The notes below the pieces were generated by a model. That model made no database searches, was not told where the DNA came from, and saw nothing but the letters and a program-made list of their open reading frames with translations. DNA of 64,000 nt from Antedon mediterranea (taxonomy: Eukaryota; Animalia; Echinodermata), in contig NC_092676.1 in the NCBI RefSeq assembly GCF_964355755.1, forward strand, positions 29,902,871 through 29,966,870, given 5' to 3'. The position numbers and the translations under genes are program-made. How positions within the stretch are numbered: the stretch's first letter is position 1; each line of letters starts with the position of its first letter. Positions 58,273 through 64,000 of the stretch are shown here, piece after piece.

Positions 58273-59762
58273 AGAAAAAAAAAATTGTTTGGCATCATTA
58301 AGTATTATTGGTTATTAAAAGAAGACAAGACAAGTGCAGGCGTGATAAAAACAACCACCTATCATAAAACGTATGATACAGTATTTAATAGTGGACGCAT
58401 TTCAATCCATGGGTCATACATTATTAAACGGGCCGGACAGCATTAAATTGTTGAAAAACGCCCACGAACCCGTTGAAACATGCAACTGGACACTATCCAA
58501 TGCTGAAAAGTGTCCACCCGGACACTTTTGAATGCTGGACACAATTCAATCTTACACCGGCCGCGCTTTGAATTATCCCCCCCCCCCCCCCACGCCCCGT
58601 AAACATCTTTTGGAATAAACGCCCCGCCACATGCATTGAATAACATATTTCTATGTGTAGTATTTCATTGAAGTTCATTGATCTCACTGATTGGGAAATG
58701 TTACTGTATTTTATCACTTCTTGATATAAATTCTTTTTTATTTGTTCATATCTAAGTATGAATATATTTTTTTCTACACCTTCCTCGAATAAACGCCGCC
58801 CCCCCCCCCCCCTTCTTCTTAAAAACACTCCAAAACAACAGGTTAAATTGTTAAATTGTAAATTAACTCTTTCCTAGGAACAATAACGCCCAGTAAACAA
58901 TTAATAAAGCTGTTTTATATGAGGGCGCAAGACTAATAATTTTCAGGACTTGCAGTTACGTAACTTCTATTTTTAGAAAGTTACAAATCAAAACAAACTA
59001 GCCTACTAGGCCTAAACCCGGACGGCCAGACCAGGAAGGACATTAGGCTTGGCCTACTTGCCCGTTAGTTGCTACAAAAATATTATATTTTTAAGATTAA
59101 CGGAAACATGCAGTAGCTAGGCCTAGTACCAATTAAGGTTAAAGGCTAGGCTAGCCTACCTAGCTAGGCTAGTCTTATTAGTTAGAGGAATATAACAATA
59201 CTCTTCTTCTCTAGCTAATAGGTAGGCCTAACCGGCGCTAGCTAATTCCAATTCGCACCTAGAGTAGTAGTGGGTGTAGTAGGCCTAGGATAGTAGAGAC
59301 TGATATGAGCTAGTCTCGCCCAGCAGGAATGAAGTGGAGATAGGATAATAGGGTAGAATTCTTCTAGTTCTAATCTACTATAGAACAAGGCTTACCTACC
59401 ATAGATATAATATTTTTTTAGAAAATTGATGGGGGTAACGGTATGCGGTCAAATGCGGAAAGTTTCCCATTCGACTGGCGATAATCAAATCTCCAAAACT
59501 TCCCTTATAAACTTAGACCTTGCAAATATAACTTTCGAGCCCTGGCGAAACCAATTGACTGTCCTTCGTCGAGTGCAGACGTGTTTGAGCGGAGCTCTCA
59601 CACGTATACGTTTTTAGATACAGTACTCGCTTACCTGTGATAGCATGTTGCAAGGATAAGCTACTAGCTGCATGAGACCTGTATACCTACCTGGATAGTG
59701 AACGTATCGGTTGCATTAAATATAGGTACACTTTTGTTATTTATTCTAACTAAACATCTACA

Positions 59763-60611
59763 ATGGCCAACGTGGAAAACAAAGAGCCAAATATTTCTAA
59801 TTTAAATATTAGCGCCGCTGAACCGAACACCTGGCTGTCGACTCTCATCAAGTCAATCATGGGCTGCAAAACCATTGCTGATATTAAATCTACATTATGC
59901 GACGCAGTCACCAAGATTGTCTCCTTGGAAAAAGACATTACCATCCTCAATCTTGAAATCACCGGTTTACAAAAAGAACTGAGGAATTTGCACGCCGATA
60001 TGCAGGAAAATTCTGATTTCATGGATGTTAAGCTGAAGGATATTGCCGAGGATACGCAGCAATCCACTACGGAATGCATAGAAGAGATACGCGACAAAAT
60101 CGACAACCTAGAAGGACGTCAACGCCGTAACAATCTGAGGTTTACTGGCATGCCCGAACAAGCGGAGGATAGTGAAGGTACTGTTAATTTCCTTTCCTCA
60201 TTTATTTCCAATACCACCGGCATCAAAATCGCTAATGATGATATACAACGAGCCCATCGAGTTGGACCACGTAATACCACCAGGGATAAACCGAGACCAC
60301 TTGTTGCATACTTTCTCAGATATTCCACTAAAGAAAGAGTACGCAAGGCAGCTCCAAAAGTGAGACCTAAATTTAAAGATAATAACATCTACGTAAATAA
60401 TGATTTTACCAGCAGAGTGATAAGTAGAAGAAAGGCATTATACTCATCGATGAAATACCTGCATTCCAACAAAGTAAAGGCCTGGCTCCACCTTGACAAA
60501 TTGCGTTACATAGATGCAAATGGTTATGTTCGCACATTCATCGACATGGATCATCTTGCCAAATACTACCCGTACCTCAAGGAAGCACATGCCCCCGTAG
60601 CTACTGAGTAA
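59763..60611 (+). CDS. LINE ORF1 (coiled coil + L1/transposase_22-like RRM), 282 aa
   Basis: DNLEGRQRRNNLRFTGMPE, IQRAHRVG, KPRPLVAYF, IYVNNDFT..RR. Confidence 0.88.
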   Translation: MANVENKEPNISNLNISAAEPNTWLSTLIKSIMGCKTIADIKSTLCDAVTKIVSLEKDITILNLEITGLQKELRNLHADMQENSDFMDVKLKDIAEDTQQSTTECIEEIRDKIDNLEGRQRRNNLRFTGMPEQAEDSEGTVNFLSSFISNTTGIKIANDDIQRAHRVGPRNTTRDKPRPLVAYFLRYSTKERVRKAAPKVRPKFKDNNIYVNNDFTSRVISRRKALYSSMKYLHSNKVKAWLHLDKLRYIDANGYVRTFIDMDHLAKYYPYLKEAHAPVATE

Positions 60612-60801
60612 TTCTAGTCGTCGCAATAATTTAACTTTACTTTGACTCTACTTACCGTCAACCGAAATATTACCTATAATATATTTTTATTTCAAGAATT
60701 GTTTATTTTGCTTCTCATTAATTATGTATTAATGTATACAGTCTCATGCATGCTTATTGCTGTATTTCTTTTTTAGATAACGCTATACGCAGCTATTGTT
60801 A

Positions 60802-63800
60802 ATGAATGTTAATTATCTTCACTTACTTCCTTTTTATGACTTTAATGTGAACTCTGAACTTACTAACAACAATGATATTTCTAACATAACCTTTAATCCA
60901 GTTAATTACAATGAAAATGACAAATATGATGAATCTTTTGATCAACTAATTAATAACCTCAATTCACAGTCAGTTACCCTAGATGAATGCAGCTTTTATG
61001 ATTATTCACAATTTAATTCTAAGTTTAATACATCCTTTAATACTAAACTATCTCTCCTGCATCTTAATATTAGAAGTATTACGCATAAAGTTAATGATCT
61101 CGAATGCCTTTTGAATTCAATTAATAACAAATTTTCCATAATCGGTATCAGTGAAACATGGCTTAATGAAAACTCCCCTATTCCTTTCATTAATAACTAC
61201 TCCTTCTTTGCAAGCAATAGAAGCAATAATCAAATTGGCGGAGGAGTTGCATTTTTTATACGTAATGATATTAGCATTACAATTCGAAATGACTTAAAAT
61301 TACCAGACGACCTTTCCGAATCACTTTTTGTTGAGATTGAAAATTCAAAGACAAAAAATGATATTATAGGCATTATTTACAGAGCCCCCTGTGGAGGGCT
61401 AGATTCTTTTACTAAATCCGTCGATAATGTATTAACCCAAATTAACAATGAAAACAAAAATTGTCATCTCATGGGAGACTTCAATATTGATTTATTAAAA
61501 TTCCATAACCATAAATTAACAAACACCTACCTAAATACCTTAATTTCCCATTCTTTTTTTCCAACTATTTCAAAACCAACTAGGATTACCTCAACTTCGG
61601 CCACCTTGATTGATCATTTTTATTCCAAACAATCTAACTATAAAATAGTTGCTGGTGTTTTACTTAATGATATCTCCGACCACCTTCCTATATTTCAGTT
61701 CATTGATCAAGAAATTAATGATCAAAACCTTGATGATAATAGCGCCAACTATTCATTTCGTATAAACGACCTAAATGCCTTATCGATTGATTTAGAAGGT
61801 GAAGACTGGTCTATGATATTTGATTGTGACCCAAGATTGAGTTTTGATATATTTATTGAAAAATTTACAAATATCCACTCCAGACACTTGGTTAAAAGTA
61901 GTATAAAATCAAATAAAACGTTTAAACAACCATGGATGTCATCTGCTCTCTTAAAATGTAGTTCTCGGAAACATAAACTTTATAACAAATATATGCACAC
62001 ACGTAGTAATAATGACAAATTAAACTATACAAAATATAATAATATTTTCACTAATCTTTGTCGCACTGCTAAAAAGAATTATTATACTTCCCAGTTTGAT
62101 AGATATAAAGGTAATCTGAAGAACACATGGCTTGTAATAAATTCTGTTTTAAATAAAGGTAATAATAATAACAAGCACCCGAATCTAATTAAAGACGGTG
62201 ATAATATTTACAAAACTCAAAAAGAGATATGTGAATCGTTTAACAACTATTTTTCTACAATTGGTCCTAATCTTATTAATAGTATGCCAACTAATATAAC
62301 TGATCCATTATCTTATCTTCATTCTGCGTTTGCCAACTCATTTTATATTAGCCCAGTTTCAATTGATGATGTTAACCTAACTATATACAATCTAAATTCT
62401 AATAAAGGGTCTGGATCTGACGGTATTACTGCTCGTGTCTTAAAATCTGTATCTCCCTTAATCATCCACCAACTTACCCATTGTATAAATTCATCTTTTT
62501 TATCTGGCACTTTTCCAACACACTTAAAACTAGCTAAAGTTGTGCCCATTTTCAAGAAAGGTGAACGAAGTCAATTATCTAATTACCGGCCAATATCACT
62601 ACTTTCAGTGTTTTCCAAAATTATTGAAAAACTCATGTATTCTAAACTTTCTGATTATCTCACAAAATTTGATATACTTAATAAACGCCAATATGGTTTT
62701 CGAAAAAATCACTCTACATCCCATGCCGTTTTAGATCTTATTAATAATATTACAAATTCATTTGAATCAAAAGAAAATTTATTAAGTTTATTTATTGATC
62801 TTTCAAAGGCCTTCGATGTTATTAATCACGATAATTTAATTAAAAAACTTGAGTGCTATGGAATTAGAGGTATTTCATTGAATTGGTTTAATAGTTATTT
62901 GAAAGATAGAAAACAATATGTTGCATTAGGATCTTGTACATCGTCGACGATGGATATTACTTGCGGAGTGCCACAGGGATCTGTGCTTGGGCCATTGCTC
63001 TTCCTTATTTATGTTAATGATCTGGCTAATGTCAGTAACAAATTGCAAGTAATATCCTTCGCCGACGACACCACCTTATTTTACTCTAATTCCAATATTG
63101 ATTTATTATTTACTACATTCAATGATGAATTAACAAAATTTTGTGACTGGTTTATTTCAAACAAATTACTTATTAATACTCTTAAAACAAATTATTTAAT
63201 TTTTCACAATTCTCAACGTAAACTAAAAGTTGATGACCTAAATATACTTCTTGGCGGAATTCAAATTGAACGCAAAACTGAAACACTTTTTTTAGGTGTA
63301 TATATTCATGAAAACCTCAAATGGACCAGTCATCAAAATTACGTTTCGAAAAAAATATCAAGATCTATTAGTATTATTAACAGACTTAAGCACTTCTTCC
63401 CTCTAATATTTTAATTTCTCTTTATAACACACTTGTACTTCCTTATTTCCAGTATTGTAACATTATTTGGGCTGCAGATTACTCTTCTAATATTGATAGA
63501 TTAACTAAATTACAAAAACGTGCAGCTAGAATTATTACTTTTTCACCATATAGAACCTCATCTGAACCCCTTTTTAAACGTCTTGGTATATTAAAATTAA
63601 CGGATATCCACAATGTTCAAGTTGCCAGTTTTATGTTTAATTATTTTAAAAACCAACTTCCTATTTCTATGATTGATATGCTCTGTAAACGTACCAAATT
63701 TCACAATTACAAATTAAGAACTTCTCATTTAAACATTCCTTTTGCTAGACTTACAAAAACTAAATTTTTTATAACTATATCAGGTCCTAATTTGTGGAAT

Positions 63801-63893
63801 CATATCCCACCAAATATCAAAACGTCAATATCATTATTTACTTTCCGAAAAAAGTTAAAGAATCATTATATATCTAAATATTATACTGCTTAG
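60802..63893 (+). pseudogene. LINE ORF2 (AP endonuclease + reverse transcriptase) with one frameshift near 63395
   Basis: HLNIRS, ISETWL, MGDFN, SDHLPI; NYRPISLL, QYGFR, FIDLSKAFD, GVPQGSVLGPLLFLIYVND, FADDT, FLG; after ~63395 the protein continues in another frame (LPSNILISLYNTLVLPYFQYCNIIWA..LQKRAARII..GPNLWN) to TAG at 63893. Confidence 0.88.
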
Positions 63894-64000
63894 TTAATAT
63901 GCTTATTATCATTATTTATACTCATATACTATTTATGTCTTACACAAAATATTAGTTGTTGTTTATTATTGCAATCTTTAATCTATACTATGTATAATGA

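Larger units (their letters stand above)
52049..58556. mobile_element. Ginger-like non-autonomous DNA transposon (6.5 kb)
   Basis: TIRs tgtaagatttaaatgtgtccggtgtttgaaagtgtccactggacaattttcagcattg vs reverse complement tgtaagattgaattgtgtccagcattcaaaagtgtccgggtggacacttttcagcattg; TGT..ACA ends; CCGG on both sides (52045-52048, 58557-58560). Confidence 0.75.
59575..64000 (+). mobile_element. Near-full-length non-LTR retrotransposon (L2/Crack-like, CR1 group); 3' end runs off the window
   Basis: 5' UTR, ORF1, ~190 bp spacer, ORF2 with APE and RT domains, AT-rich 3' UTR; 5' boundary approximate. Confidence 0.88.

Overview
AT-rich, intron-rich animal genomic DNA (marine invertebrate, probably a deuterostome such as an echinoderm; this is an inference). 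Left to right: a tandem array of three 9-exon SDR oxidoreductase paralogs (+, first one partial); a 9-exon secreted protein (-) whose N-terminal domain has a mature His1 and motifs of an LPMO-like copper protein; a FoxH1-like forkhead gene (-) with one coding exon; a secreted GMC oxidoreductase (-) fused to a probable SRPBCC/START-like domain and a complete PNKP-type HAD 3'-phosphatase domain (its true start is in a small upstream exon the ORF track misses); MSH2 (+); PPIL4 (+); a uronyl-2-sulfotransferase-like gene (-); an intronless class A GPCR (+); a 6.5 kb Ginger-like element (TGT..ACA ends, CCGG TSD) with further nested elements and a ~131 bp satellite; and a near-full-length L2/Crack-type LINE with one frameshift. 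Many non-autonomous DNA transposons (MULE-like, IS3EU-like, Kolobok-like, Harbinger-like) and tRNA-derived SINEs are nested in each other with readable TSDs. The most interesting signals are the GMC/PNKP-phosphatase fusion, its co-oriented LPMO-like neighbour (a possible animal oxidase/copper-enzyme pair) and the FoxH-like gene between them with an apparently transposon-derived promoter. All calls are from reading by eye; no database searches were run.
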